Shown piece by piece: positions 9,930-19,128 of a DNA stretch of 64,000 nucleotides. The position numbers and the translations under genes are program-made. Every line of letters starts with the position of its first letter. Within the stretch, counting starts at the first letter, position 1. The DNA comes from an uncultured Bacilli bacterium. Lineage in GTDB: Bacteria > Bacillota_I > Bacilli_A > RF39 > UBA660. The DNA is taken from positions 7,315-71,314 of the forward strand of contig CAKPHU010000007.1 in NCBI GenBank assembly GCA_934162125.1, written 5' to 3'. The notes below the pieces were generated by a model that was not told where the DNA came from, searched no databases, and saw only the letters and a list, made by a program, of their open reading frames with translations.

Positions 9930-11006
9930 TTGTTTGATCTTAGTAAAAAGAGAGTTGCTTTTATTCTCTTTTTTTTCTGTTTTTGTATAGACTGGAATTG
10001 CACCTATTTTTTCTGTATTTAAAAATATCTGAATCTCCCCAATTTTTGAAGAATTATTTTCTATGTTTTCATAAGTTATTTCTGTTGTTTTGATTGATTT
10101 TGTTTCAGCTTTTGTCAATGGATATGTAAAAGATGTTTTTATATATCTTTTTTTCTTTATATTTTTAGAGTTTTTATTATATATGTTTTTGTTAATTATT
10201 GTTACAGACTTGTAACTGTCAAATAATTTTTCATATAAACGTTTATGATTGTTATATATGTCAGGATCTTTTAAAGTTACTATGGATAGGGTTAAATTAT
10301 CTTTTTTAGCAACACTTACAAAGGTTTTACCAGCATCAGGCGTATAACCATTTTTTCCACTTACGCAATACTTGTATTCTTTTAACAATTTACTTCTGTT
10401 GTACCAGAGATAGGTCTTATTTTGCGATGTTGTTACATATTTCTTAGTTGATGATATTTCTCGATAGGTTTTGTTTTGGTAAGCGTATTGTGATAATAGA
10501 GCCATATCATAGGCTGTAGAATAATTTTTTGTATCATCATCTAGGCCATGTGGATTAGAAAAAGTTGTATCATTCATACCAATTTCTTTAGCCTTTTGAT
10601 TCATCAACTTGACAAATTCTTCTTCACTTCCTGATGTTGTAATTGCTAGGGCCATTGCTGCATCATTTCCGCTCCTTAATATCAATCCATATAGCAAATC
10701 CTTTACTTGCATTTTTTCACCTAATTCTATATATATGTTTGTACCATACATTGTTAATATTTCTGGACCGATTTCCACAGTTTTATCTAAATCGTTTTTT
10801 TCAATTGCAACAATTGCAGTCATTATTTTTGTTGTTGACGCTATTAATCTTTTGGTATGCGAATTTTGTTCATATAGTACTCTGCCAGTTTCTATGTCAA
10901 TTGCGATGGTGGATTTTGCAGTATCTGATATTGCTTTAACAGAAATGGTAAAATTTTCCAGTAATATAATTAACAATATAATTATTTTAAATAGTCTCTT
11001 TTTCAT
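9915..11006 (-). CDS. D-alanyl-D-alanine carboxypeptidase (S11 family, DacB/DacF-like)
   Basis: Signal peptide, SxxK motif ASTTKIMTA, SGN motif (LRSGNDAA) and a KxG-like GKNGYT. Confidence 0.8.
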   Translation of the reverse strand: MKKRLFKIIILLIILLENFTISVKAISDTAKSTIAIDIETGRVLYEQNSHTKRLIASTTKIMTAIVAIEKNDLDKTVEIGPEILTMYGTNIYIELGEKMQVKDLLYGLILRSGNDAAMALAITTSGSEEEFVKLMNQKAKEIGMNDTTFSNPHGLDDDTKNYSTAYDMALLSQYAYQNKTYREISSTKKYVTTSQNKTYLWYNRSKLLKEYKYCVSGKNGYTPDAGKTFVSVAKKDNLTLSIVTLKDPDIYNNHKRLYEKLFDSYKSVTIINKNIYNKNSKNIKKKRYIKTSFTYPLTKAETKSIKTTEITYENIENNSSKIGEIQIFLNTEKIGAIPVYTKTEKKENKSNSLFTKIKQLFSR

Positions 11007-11122
11007 TAACTCACCCTTTTTATAACTATTACTCTACACATTTAATTATATTTATTAATTTTTTTTTTAGAATTATGTGGGTTAATTATTTTTTTCATTA
11101 AATAATATATTGAGGTGATTAC

Positions 11123-11875
11123 ATGTTTGATGAAAATAATAGTATTATCTGCTTAAAGGAAAAATTTTTAAGCATAAAAAATAAAGGATGGATTAAATCA
11201 TCCTTTAATGGTTGGGGAGATTGTGGCCTGACCTTTGAGAAAGAACTTGGGCTCTTTAAAAATGAATTAGAGATCCCAGACTTTATGGGAATTGAAATTA
11301 AAACAAAAAATGCATTTAAACGTCCTTATTTGTCATTGTTTAGTTCCAATTTTGATGGGAAATATTTGTTTAACATTGATGACTTTGTCACAAAATATGG
11401 TTGGCCTGATGAAAAAATAAAAACCTCCAATGTATTTTACTTAATAGCTAATGCTAAAACTTTTATAGAGACTCCTTCTGAGTTCAAGTTTAAACTTAAA
11501 GTTAATTATAATTTGCAACAAGTATTTTTGGAAATTTCTGAAAAAAATAATTATAATATTACTTCTTTATATTCATGGAGTTTTGATATTTTAAAAGAAA
11601 AAATTGATAGAAAATTGAAATATATGGCATTTGTTGAAGCAAAGAGAAAATTAGAAAATGGAAGTATTTATTTTTGTTATGATAAATTAAGTTTATATTG
11701 TTGCAAAAACTTTGATACTTTTTTATCTTTAATAGAAAATAATATAATAACTGTAAGGTTTAATATAGGTTTGTACACCGATGAAAAAAGATACGGAAAG
11801 ATTCACAATCATGGCATTTCTTTCCAAATTTTGGTAAAAAACTTAAATTTATTATTTGATTCTATGTCATTTTAG
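11123..11875 (+). CDS. PD-(D/E)XK nuclease, MvaI/BcnI-like restriction endonuclease family (solitary)
   Basis: 250 aa. N-terminal KGWIKS..NGWGDCGLTFEKELG then IPDFMGIEIKTK, a D-x6-E-x-K arrangement as I recall for MvaI/BcnI-type enzymes. The family assignment is from memory, not from a search. Confidence 0.4.
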   Translation: MFDENNSIICLKEKFLSIKNKGWIKSSFNGWGDCGLTFEKELGLFKNELEIPDFMGIEIKTKNAFKRPYLSLFSSNFDGKYLFNIDDFVTKYGWPDEKIKTSNVFYLIANAKTFIETPSEFKFKLKVNYNLQQVFLEISEKNNYNITSLYSWSFDILKEKIDRKLKYMAFVEAKRKLENGSIYFCYDKLSLYCCKNFDTFLSLIENNIITVRFNIGLYTDEKRYGKIHNHGISFQILVKNLNLLFDSMSF

Positions 11876-12021
11876 TTCTTTCTTTTCATATTAAAAAAAT
11901 CCCATGTTATTAAAGTACATGAGACTTTTTTATGAATTATAATGCAAGGGGTTGCATTAAAACGTTCTGAAATTGTCCTAAGCAAAATAAAAACGTTGAT
12001 TTTTCAACGTTAAATTCATAA

Positions 12022-12098
12022 TGGTCGGGAAGACAGGATTTGAACCTGCAACCCCTTGGTCCCAAACCAAGTGCTCTACCAAGTTGAGCCACTTCCCG
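12022..12098 (-). tRNA. trnP: tRNA-Pro (UGG)
   Basis: Cloverleaf read by hand: CGGGAAG acceptor, anticodon loop TTTGGGA, TTCAAAT T-loop, encoded CCA. Confidence 0.9.
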
Positions 12099-12105
12099 AA
12101 AAAAA

Positions 12106-12182
<77 letters not shown>

Positions 12183-12221
12183 ATGTATACGCTTTTGTCT
12201 GCGCACATTTAAATATTAAAA

Positions 12222-12297
12222 TGGTGGCTCCAGCGGGAATCGAACCAGCGACACAGGGATTTTCAGTCCCTTGCTCTACCGACTGAGCTATGAAGCC
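12222..12297 (-). tRNA. trnF: tRNA-Phe (GAA)
   Basis: Anticodon stem AGGGA/TCCCT with loop CTGAAAA, encoded CCA. Confidence 0.9.
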
Positions 12298-12305
12298 AAT
12301 AAAAA

Positions 12306-12382
12306 TGGCGGTCTCAACGGGACTCGAACCCGCGATCTTCTGCGTGACAGGCAGACGTGTTAACCAGCTGCACCATGAGACC
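12306..12382 (-). tRNA. trnD: tRNA-Asp (GUC)
   Basis: GGTCTCA/TGAGACC acceptor, anticodon loop CTGTCAC, encoded CCA. Confidence 0.85.
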
Positions 12383-12393
12383 AATTATAAAAA

Positions 12394-12470
12394 TGGTTGC
12401 GGGAAGAGGATTTGAACCTCTGACCTCTGGGTTATGAGCCCAACGAGCTACCGGACTGCTCTATCCCGCG
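12394..12470 (-). tRNA. trnfM: initiator tRNA-fMet (CAU)
   Basis: Starts CGCGGG with a C1:A72 mismatch. GGG/CCC in the anticodon stem, loop CTCATAA, encoded CCA. Confidence 0.85.
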
Positions 12471-12480
12471 ATATAATTAA

Positions 12481-12572
12481 TGGCGGAGGAAAAGGGATTC
12501 GAACCCCTGCGCCACTTGCATGACCTCCCGGTTTTCAAGACCGGTCCCTTCAACCAACTTGGGTATTCCTCC
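12481..12572 (-). tRNA. trnS: tRNA-Ser (UGA)
   Basis: 92 nt with a long variable arm, anticodon loop CTTGAAA, encoded CCA. Confidence 0.9.
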
Positions 12573-12602
12573 AATTTATCATCTTTTCCAGACGACAAAT
12601 TG

Positions 12603-12632
12603 ATTATAACATAGTGTTTTTTGATATGTCAA
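12603..12632 (-). promoter_or_regulatory. sigma-A promoter for the downstream tRNA block (Ser-fMet-Asp-Phe-Arg-Pro)
   Basis: Minus strand GAATTTTGTTGACA-18 nt-TATAAT with TGT immediately upstream of the -10 (extended -10). Confidence 0.6.
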
Positions 12633-12742
12633 CAAAATTCACATATTTTTCATATTATATGCATCAAAATTGCAAATATGTCGACTTTACCGATTACTAT
12701 AAATAAAAAACTCAACTAGAGTATCTAGTGAGTAATTTCAGA

Positions 12743-12831
12743 TGGTGCCTAAGGCCGGACTTGAACCGGCACGAGGGTTGATTCTCGCAGGATTTTAAGT
12801 CCTGTGCGTCTACCAATTCCGCCACTCAGGC
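12743..12831 (-). tRNA. trnL: tRNA-Leu (UAA)
   Basis: 89 nt, long variable arm, anticodon loop CTTAAAA, encoded CCA. Confidence 0.9.
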
Positions 12832-12833
12832 AA

Positions 12834-12909
12834 TGGTGACCTGTATGAGATTCGAACTCATGACCCTTTGATTAAAAGTCAAATGCTCTACCAACTGAGC
12901 TAACAGATC
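12834..12909 (-). tRNA. trnK: tRNA-Lys (UUU)
   Basis: Anticodon loop CTTTTAA, encoded CCA. Confidence 0.9.
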
Positions 12910-12917
12910 ATATTATA

Positions 12918-12992
12918 TGGCTGCCTCGGTTAGATTCGAACTAACGCATGTCAGAGTCAAAGTCTGATGCCTTACCACTTGGCTACGAGGCA
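12918..12992 (-). tRNA. trnQ: tRNA-Gln (UUG)
   Basis: U1:A72 pair, G73 discriminator, anticodon loop CTTTGAC, encoded CCA. Confidence 0.85.
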
Positions 12993-13000
12993 AACTTAAG

Positions 13001-13085
13001 TGGTGGAGAGAGATGGATTCGAACCATCGAACTCAATGAGAACAGATTTACAGTCTGTCGCGTTTAGCCTCTTCGCTACCTCTCC
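13001..13085 (-). tRNA. trnY: tRNA-Tyr (GUA)
   Basis: 85 nt with a long variable arm, anticodon loop CTGTAAA, encoded CCA. Confidence 0.9.
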
Positions 13086-13093
13086 AAAAAAAA

Positions 13094-13169
<76 letters not shown>

Positions 13170-13182
13170 AAACATATATAAA

Positions 13183-13259
13183 TGGTGGGCGATATAGGAC
13201 TCGAACCTATGACCCCTTGCTTGTAAGGCAAGTGCTCTAACCAACTGAGCTAATCGCCC
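13183..13259 (-). tRNA. trnV: tRNA-Val (UAC)
   Basis: GGGCGAT acceptor, anticodon loop CTTACAA, encoded CCA. Confidence 0.9.
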
Positions 13260-13283
13260 ATTTATGACCAGTTGACAGTATTA

Positions 13284-13312
13284 AATATACCAATTTATCT
13301 TTAATTTGTCAA
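13284..13312 (-). promoter_or_regulatory. sigma-A promoter for the upstream tRNA block (Val-Thr-Tyr-Gln-Lys-Leu)
   Basis: Minus strand AAAATTTTGTTGACA-17 nt-TATATT. It shares the ATTTTGTTGACA core with the promoter at 12603..12632. Confidence 0.6.
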
Positions 13313-13349
13313 CAAAATTTTCATTTTTTTGCATTTTATTTTGTTTTTT

Positions 13350-13712
13350 TTAATTTTTATTATCTATTATTTGTTTTTCCTTTGCTTCAACCCATTCATT
13401 AAGCTTTTTCTTCAACGTTAAAAATCCTAATGGTGTTTCTATTATTTTATTATTTTTTTTTCTTGTGATTCTATAATCAACATCTTTTATTGTTAATTTT
13501 ACTTGGTGGGCTCTTGGATTTTCAGAAATAACTTTTGCTCTTATTGTCTCCCCTATTTTTACATAATCATTTATATTTCTAACATAGTTACTTGATATTT
13601 CAGAAATGTGTATTAGTCCATTATAATATTCATCTAAGCTTACAAATATCCCATATTTTTCAATGCCAGTTACGCAGCCTGTGACATATTCACCATCTTT
13701 ATACTTTCTCAT
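13350..13712 (-). CDS. S1 RNA-binding domain protein (general stress protein 13 / CvfD-like)
   Basis: Single S1 domain: GEYVTGCVTGIEKYGIFVSL...GLIHISEIS...GETIRAKVI. Confidence 0.8.
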   Translation of the reverse strand: MRKYKDGEYVTGCVTGIEKYGIFVSLDEYYNGLIHISEISSNYVRNINDYVKIGETIRAKVISENPRAHQVKLTIKDVDYRITRKKNNKIIETPLGFLTLKKKLNEWVEAKEKQIIDNKN

Positions 13713-13819
13713 TTCTAATACACCTTCTGTGTTGATTATACCATATTTTCTATACTATTATCAACAAAGTTTCTTTACTTATAATTATTTTAAATGTATA
13801 ATTGTTTTGGTGATTTTTT

Positions 13820-14065
13820 ATGGCAGCAAATACTGGTATTGTAACTAGAATTATTTCTTTAATTGATAAAATTAGGCCTTTCTTGATAAGTGATGGCGGA
13901 AATTTGGAATTTATAAAGTTTGAAGATGGAATTGTTTATGTTTCTCTTACTGGGGCTTGTGCTGAGTGTCCTATGATTGATGTCACATTAAAAGATGGAA
14001 TTGAAGAAATGATTATTAATGAAATTCCTGAAGTTAAAGAAGTTAGAAATATAAGTAATAATTAA
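13820..14065 (+). CDS. NifU C-terminal domain (Nfu-type) Fe-S cluster protein
   Basis: 81 aa with IRPFLISDGGNLEF and CxxC (GACAECPM). Confidence 0.8.
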   Translation: MAANTGIVTRIISLIDKIRPFLISDGGNLEFIKFEDGIVYVSLTGACAECPMIDVTLKDGIEEMIINEIPEVKEVRNISNN

Positions 14066-14104
14066 GTTATGGTGTATTGTTCACTGTAATCTTATAATTA
14101 TTAC

Positions 14105-14989
14105 TTATTTTTTTATCCACTTTATCATTGCAAGTTTGCCATAATCTTTTAACTGTTCCTTTATTGTAAGTAAAAATTTTTCATATTCTTTATTTCTTTC
14201 TACTATTTTTAATATTTCTTTTTCATTTAATTCAGAATTTAAAATTTTATCATATATATCAAAATAGTAATTTGGATATAGCAATCTGCTAAATAGTAAA
14301 TATGCAGAAGTCTCATTTTTTATGTATTTGTTTATCAATGTTTTTGCTTCTTCCAAGTTATCATTTTTTTGCCAAAAAATGGATTTTAAATATTCTCCTA
14401 TTTCTCTTTCTCTATAATCCACTATAATATTAGTTATATCTGTAAGATTACGATTTATTCTCTTATGGCAAATTATTTTTTCAATTTCTGGTATATCTGC
14501 TACTATCATAGCGTAATTGTATAATTCAATAGCATTTTCTGTTAATCCAATATAATAGTCTATTGTTTCTTCAATAAGTTTATATTGATTATTTATGTGA
14601 GATAATTGATACTCATAATAGTCTATTTTTTTTGCCCATAACGTATTCCAATTGCTGCGATCTAAATTGGTAAATTTTTCCAATTTTGGTTGTTGAACTA
14701 AATATTCATCTATATTTATATGTTCATTTGATTTTTCTGATATTTCTTCTAGAATATATATTTTACCATTGTATGGTGTAAAATATTCGTTTTTTACATT
14801 TATAACAACATTATTGAAATATTTAAGCTTATTTGTTAATTCTATAGCCTCTATGCATTCTTCAGTATTTTCAATTGATACAAATATATATATTTTGTTT
14901 GTTGCTATATCAATTATATAGTTTTTATTTTTAACCTTATTTAGGTGTATGTCATTAAAATTATAATAATATAAAATTGCATTTTTCAT
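14105..14989 (-). CDS. hypothetical protein, possibly a degenerate CotS/YutH-like kinase fold
   Basis: Long ORF without recognisable catalytic motifs. Only weak resemblance (ICHKRINRN, IVDYRE) to phosphotransferase-fold spore coat proteins. Confidence 0.25.
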   Translation of the reverse strand: MKNAILYYYNFNDIHLNKVKNKNYIIDIATNKIYIFVSIENTEECIEAIELTNKLKYFNNVVINVKNEYFTPYNGKIYILEEISEKSNEHINIDEYLVQQPKLEKFTNLDRSNWNTLWAKKIDYYEYQLSHINNQYKLIEETIDYYIGLTENAIELYNYAMIVADIPEIEKIICHKRINRNLTDITNIIVDYREREIGEYLKSIFWQKNDNLEEAKTLINKYIKNETSAYLLFSRLLYPNYYFDIYDKILNSELNEKEILKIVERNKEYEKFLLTIKEQLKDYGKLAMIKWIKK

Positions 14990-15031
14990 CTTATCAACTC
15001 TATTTAATTTTATGACAAAAAAAAAGGAAAA

Positions 15032-16111
15032 TTACTTTCCTTTTACTGAACTTTTTTCTGCTGGCTTTGTATCTGTAAGCATGGCATTTAATGCTTCTAT
15101 TGATGACGCATACGCTTGAGTAGAATCGTTTATTTGTTCACGTTGTCTACGTAGTGCATCAATTTCAGCTTTTTCTTTTTGATTTTGTTCAGCAAGCATT
15201 CTATTTTGTTCTTCTACTGCTCTATATTTGTCTTCTAGCTCTTGTTTTTTTCTCATTAAAGCAGCTTCTGCCTCTGTTGTAGCTTGTTCTTCACGCATTC
15301 TTTCAGCAGCAATTGATTCGCTTTCTTCTCTACGCCTTGCTACTTCCATTGCTAATTTATCAATGTCTAACGCTTCCATTTTTAATGTGCCAAAGCCTTC
15401 TTGTGGAATTGCTGGTTGACTCTCAGGTTCTACCTTCTTTTCTACTTCTGTAGGCATTACCTTTGGTTCAACAACATCTTCCTCCACTTCTTCTGATTGT
15501 GCAATTATAGCTGGTTCGGCAGGTTCATATACTGGTGTTACCCTAACCTCCTCTTCTGCTTTTTCTGCAACTTGTTCTTGTCCCTTAGAAGAATATTTTT
15601 CAATCTTTGCGATTGAAGTTTCATTTCTATTTACTCTCAACATTTCTTTTTCAGCTGTTACTGGTTCTATTTCAGCAACTGCTGGTTCTATTTCAGCAAC
15701 TGCTGGTTCTATTTCTGCTACTTCTATAGCGATTGGTTCTGCTTTTTGCATGTTTCCAATCATATTATTTCTCATTTTTTCTTTAACTTTTAATGCTTTG
15801 CTAGCTACTTTTTTTCCTAAAACTTTTCCTTCTAAAGCAAGTAAATCTACTTGCTCACTTAATTTAGCAGAACGAGGTTTTAACCTACTTACTTCATTAC
15901 TACTTATTTCTGCTGCCTCTTCTTGTATTTCAGGAGCACTAGTAACTGGTTCAGCTGCTTTTGCTTTTGTTTCTTCAACTTTTTTACCAAATTCAATGAT
16001 TTTTTTTAGAATTTCAACATAAGATGTATCTCTTAGTTTTATTCTCTTTGGTGCATCGTTTTGGAAAACTGTACCTTCTGTCCAATTGATTAATGTTATT
16101 TCCGTTGGCAT
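15032..16111 (-). CDS. Glu/Ala-rich hypothetical protein with internal heptad repeat and C-terminal coiled coil
   Basis: 359-aa ORF. Globular N-terminal ~50 aa, low-complexity E/A/P middle including AEIEPAV x3, and a C-terminal coiled coil (EQNRMLAEQNQKEKAEIDALRRQREQ). Confidence 0.5.
   Translation of the reverse strand: MPTEITLINWTEGTVFQNDAPKRIKLRDTSYVEILKKIIEFGKKVEETKAKAAEPVTSAPEIQEEAAEISSNEVSRLKPRSAKLSEQVDLLALEGKVLGKKVASKALKVKEKMRNNMIGNMQKAEPIAIEVAEIEPAVAEIEPAVAEIEPVTAEKEMLRVNRNETSIAKIEKYSSKGQEQVAEKAEEEVRVTPVYEPAEPAIIAQSEEVEEDVVEPKVMPTEVEKKVEPESQPAIPQEGFGTLKMEALDIDKLAMEVARRREESESIAAERMREEQATTEAEAALMRKKQELEDKYRAVEEQNRMLAEQNQKEKAEIDALRRQREQINDSTQAYASSIEALNAMLTDTKPAEKSSVKGK
15648..15723 (-). 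repeat. 21-nt in-frame tandem repeat (about 3.5 copies)
   Basis: Plus strand CTGGTTCTATTTCAGCAACTG repeated at 15661, 15682 and 15703 (third copy degenerate), with a partial copy before. It encodes AEIEPAV units. Confidence 0.85.
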
Positions 16112-16132
16112 ACTAAAACCTCCATTTACTAT

Positions 16133-16411
16133 TTATTCTGATTTTGATAATTCTCTCAATACGTCTTTTATTCTGTTCCACTCTTCTTCTGTTTCAACGC
16201 CTAAAAGTTTAGGCTCACTAGCAGAACGATCTATATTTGACACATATACTGTTATATTTTCATTCTCATCTTTTTCATTTTTTGTATATACCACATACTC
16301 TTTTTTTGTATCTTTAAATTCAAATGCTAAGATAACTTCTACTTCTTCTATAGATCCATCTTGTGACACGATTGACATTATTTTCTTTTCAACTTGTTGA
16401 TTTTCTATCAT
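16133..16411 (-). CDS. DUF1292-family small acidic protein (YrzB-like)
   Basis: The start preferred is the ATG at 16411, after AAGGGAGGA. Sequence EEVEVILAFEFKDTKKEYVVYTKNEKDENENITVYVS resembles DUF1292. Confidence 0.55.
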   Translation of the reverse strand: MIENQQVEKKIMSIVSQDGSIEEVEVILAFEFKDTKKEYVVYTKNEKDENENITVYVSNIDRSASEPKLLGVETEEEWNRIKDVLRELSKSE

Positions 16412-16475
16412 GTTATGTCCTCCCTTATTATCCATATATTATAAGTTTATCATAAATCCATATAAATACAATAGT

Positions 16476-16754
16476 TTATTTAATTTTTTTTAGTAAAAAT
16501 GTTCTAGCACCATAGCTACAATAATTCTTTTTATATTCCTCTAAACCTTTGATATCATTTATTTTAGTGGCCTTTTTATTTGAAGAGTCATTGTATCCTT
16601 TCAAGCGCACTTTGTCATAAGAAAAGTCGCCAAAAATATAGTCAAAATCTGCAAAGTATTCTGTTACTTTTTCATTCAATTCATCAACATTTATGCAATC
16701 TGCAACATTTTCTATAACTTCATATTCTATTTCATTAAGTATTATTTTTTTCAT
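16476..16754 (-). CDS. YutD-like (DUF1027) protein
   Basis: 92 aa with FDYIFGDFSYDKVRLKGY, as I recall for YutD-family proteins. Confidence 0.45.
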   Translation of the reverse strand: MKKIILNEIEYEVIENVADCINVDELNEKVTEYFADFDYIFGDFSYDKVRLKGYNDSSNKKATKINDIKGLEEYKKNYCSYGARTFLLKKIK

Positions 16755-16782
16755 ACTGCACCTCTATTTTTATTATATCATG

Positions 16783-17496
16783 TTAATTTGAGATTGGCAA
16801 AGACACCTCAATTGAATTTTTTTCTAAAAAACTGCGCAGATAATCTGGAACTTCGCCTTGAATTATTTTTATTGTTATGGGGGCCTCAACGGTGCTTACT
16901 ACTTTTTTCATAGTTAATGGAGTAATGATTTGAACACTAATTTCCGTATGCAAGTACGCTTCATATATTGTATTATTGACTCCATAACTAGTTGCATTTG
17001 TTTTTAGTGAGGAACTTATTTGTCCTAAAAAATTTATTTTTATAGGAATTTTTGGACAGGTATTAATGAAAAATGGATTGTTATTAATGCTTTTTAAAGG
17101 TATTAAATAGATTGTTCCTAATGATAGTGGTGATGACGCTGGGTTTTGTAGACTGTTTTTAAGTTCTGAGTTGTTTGTGCCGTTTGCAATCAGATTATTT
17201 AGATTTTCTTCTAACTGATTGTTTATTTTTTTTAACAAGTAATTGACATATTGTGTATTGTAATCTAAATAGATTTGATTATTAATTTCATTTGTAATAA
17301 ATAAATTATTTATTTCACTGTCCTTTAGAACATCATTTATGGTGGAGTCGACTATAGAATTGGCTAAGCTACTGGCTTCAATTTCCAAATATTTATACAA
17401 TTTTGGTTCCACTTTTTTGCCATAACTAAATACTAGAATATTAGAAAAGAAAAATGCTGTTATAAAAATCAATAATGTTATTTTAATTTTCTTCAT
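16783..17496 (-). CDS. yunB: sporulation protein YunB-like
   Basis: N-terminal TM. C-terminal region ...CPKIPIKINFLGQISSSLKTNATSYGVNNTIYEAYLHTEISVQIITPL...IIQGEVPDY matches the YunB pattern. It follows sigG-ylmC. Confidence 0.55.
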   Translation of the reverse strand: MKKIKITLLIFITAFFFSNILVFSYGKKVEPKLYKYLEIEASSLANSIVDSTINDVLKDSEINNLFITNEINNQIYLDYNTQYVNYLLKKINNQLEENLNNLIANGTNNSELKNSLQNPASSPLSLGTIYLIPLKSINNNPFFINTCPKIPIKINFLGQISSSLKTNATSYGVNNTIYEAYLHTEISVQIITPLTMKKVVSTVEAPITIKIIQGEVPDYLRSFLEKNSIEVSLPISN

Positions 17497-17722
17497 TGTT
17501 GCCTGGTTTTACTAATATAACATCCTCACCTATCTTGTTTATATCTTGCCATTTTATTTCAATGTCATTATCACGATTGAAGGAAAAAAATGTTTTGCCA
17601 ACCTCTAAGACCAAACTCTCTATATTACCATTTTCATTTATATTGGCATCTATTATATTTCCGATATTTTTTCCATCTTTTAAATTCACCACATTCTTTG
17701 TTTGTAAATCAGATAAGCGCAT
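17483..17722 (-). CDS. ylmC: YlmC/YmxH-family sporulation protein (PRC-barrel)
   Basis: MRLSDLQTKNVVNLKDGKNIGNIIDANINENGNIESLVLE. The ATG at 17722 is preceded by GGGTGA. It sits immediately downstream of sigG, as in Bacillus. Confidence 0.7.
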   Translation of the reverse strand: MRLSDLQTKNVVNLKDGKNIGNIIDANINENGNIESLVLEVGKTFFSFNRDNDIEIKWQDINKIGEDVILVKPGNNEEN

Positions 17723-17754
17723 ATAATCACCCACTCTATATTATGCGAAAGTTA

Positions 17755-18534
17755 TTATTTTAGGACTTTTTTCAATTCTTTTATAGCTTTCTTCTCTAGT
17801 CTGGATACTTGTGCTTGACTGATATCAAGTTCTTTTGCCACTTCCATTTGAGTTTTACCAACAACATAACGGTCATCAAGAATCTTCTTTTCACGATCTA
17901 CTAAAGAATTGATTGCATCTGTAATGGCAAGTTGATTAGGGAAGTCGGCTGTTGAAAGATGTTTGTCTTCGATCTGATCAAAAAGATAAATAGTATCACC
18001 GCCATCATTGTAGATGGGTTCTGAGAGACTGACTGGTTCTTTTAATGATTCTAAAGCAATCACTATGTCCTGTTCTGGAACTTGTAGATTTTCGGCTAAG
18101 TAAGAAAGAGATGGTTCCTTGGCATAAGTAGCAATGTACTTTTCTTTTAGGTGAAGTGTTTTGTAGGCAATATCTTTTATTGAACGGCTAATTCTTATGG
18201 AATTATTATCTCTTATGTAACGGCGGACTTCTCCTAATATCATAGGCACAGCATATGTGGAAAAACGCACTTCATGAGTAAGATCAAAATTATCAATCGC
18301 CTTAATAAGTCCTATGCACCCTACTTGGAAGAGATCGTCCATATTATCTATGTTACGATTCGTAAATCTTTTTAAAATTGACAATACAAGCTTTAAATTT
18401 CCTTCGACAAGTAAGTCTCTAGCAAAAAGATTGCCAGATTGGTATTCCTTAAAAAGTTTTAGCATTTCTTCGTTTGAAAGTACTTCTATGTTATTGGTGT
18501 TTAATCCTGTTATTTCTACTTTATATTTAGACAT
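17755..18534 (-). CDS. sigG: sporulation sigma factor SigG
   Basis: Closely parallels B. subtilis SigG as I recall it: KVEI.G..T....VL.NEEM.KLF, DDLFQVGCIGLIKAIDNFDL, RFSTYAVPMILGEVRRYIRDNNSIRISRSIKDIAYK, GKTQMEVAKELDISQAQVSRLEK. Confidence 0.85.
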   Translation of the reverse strand: MSKYKVEITGLNTNNIEVLSNEEMLKLFKEYQSGNLFARDLLVEGNLKLVLSILKRFTNRNIDNMDDLFQVGCIGLIKAIDNFDLTHEVRFSTYAVPMILGEVRRYIRDNNSIRISRSIKDIAYKTLHLKEKYIATYAKEPSLSYLAENLQVPEQDIVIALESLKEPVSLSEPIYNDGGDTIYLFDQIEDKHLSTADFPNQLAITDAINSLVDREKKILDDRYVVGKTQMEVAKELDISQAQVSRLEKKAIKELKKVLK

Positions 18535-18592
18535 ATAAAAACCCCTTTCTTATCAATTGTGATAGAAAGGAGTTGTTTTTATTCAAACATTT

Positions 18593-19102
18593 TTATTTTT
18601 CTAAATAATCGGCACCTTTGTGAGGCTCTTCTCTTAATAAATCGTTGAAGTTTTGCTGACGTAGTGCTTCATAAATAACGATTGCCACACTATTAGAAAC
18701 ATTAAGAGCGCGTACTTTATCAGTCATAGGAATTCTTAAGCAATGATCTAAGTCATCTTTTAAAATTTCTTTAGGTATGCCAGTGGACTCTTTTCCAAAA
18801 ATAAAGTAAAGTTCCTTGCCTTCTTTGTTGCTGTAATCAAAACTGGTGTGTGGTTTTCTACCATAACGCGTTAAATAATAATAAATACCTGGATTTTTTG
18901 ATTTGAAATCAGCATAATTTTCATATGTTTCATAATTTAATTTGTCTATATAATTTACACCACTTCTTTTTAAATGAGCATCATCAATAACAAATCCAAG
19001 AGGCTTTATCAAATGAAGCTTAGTATCTGTTGCGACACAAGTACGCATGATGTTGCCTGTATTTTGGGGAATTTCTGGTTCAAATAAGACTATATTGTTC
19101 AT
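18593..19102 (-). CDS. trmL: tRNA (cytidine/uridine-2'-O)-methyltransferase TrmL (SpoU/TrmH family)
   Basis: 169 aa. NIVLFEPEIPQNTGNIMRTC and C-terminal LNVSNSVAIVIYEALRQ. Confidence 0.8.
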   Translation of the reverse strand: MNNIVLFEPEIPQNTGNIMRTCVATDTKLHLIKPLGFVIDDAHLKRSGVNYIDKLNYETYENYADFKSKNPGIYYYLTRYGRKPHTSFDYSNKEGKELYFIFGKESTGIPKEILKDDLDHCLRIPMTDKVRALNVSNSVAIVIYEALRQQNFNDLLREEPHKGADYLEK

Positions 19103-19128
19103 AATAACACCTTCACTTTAAAAGGAGA

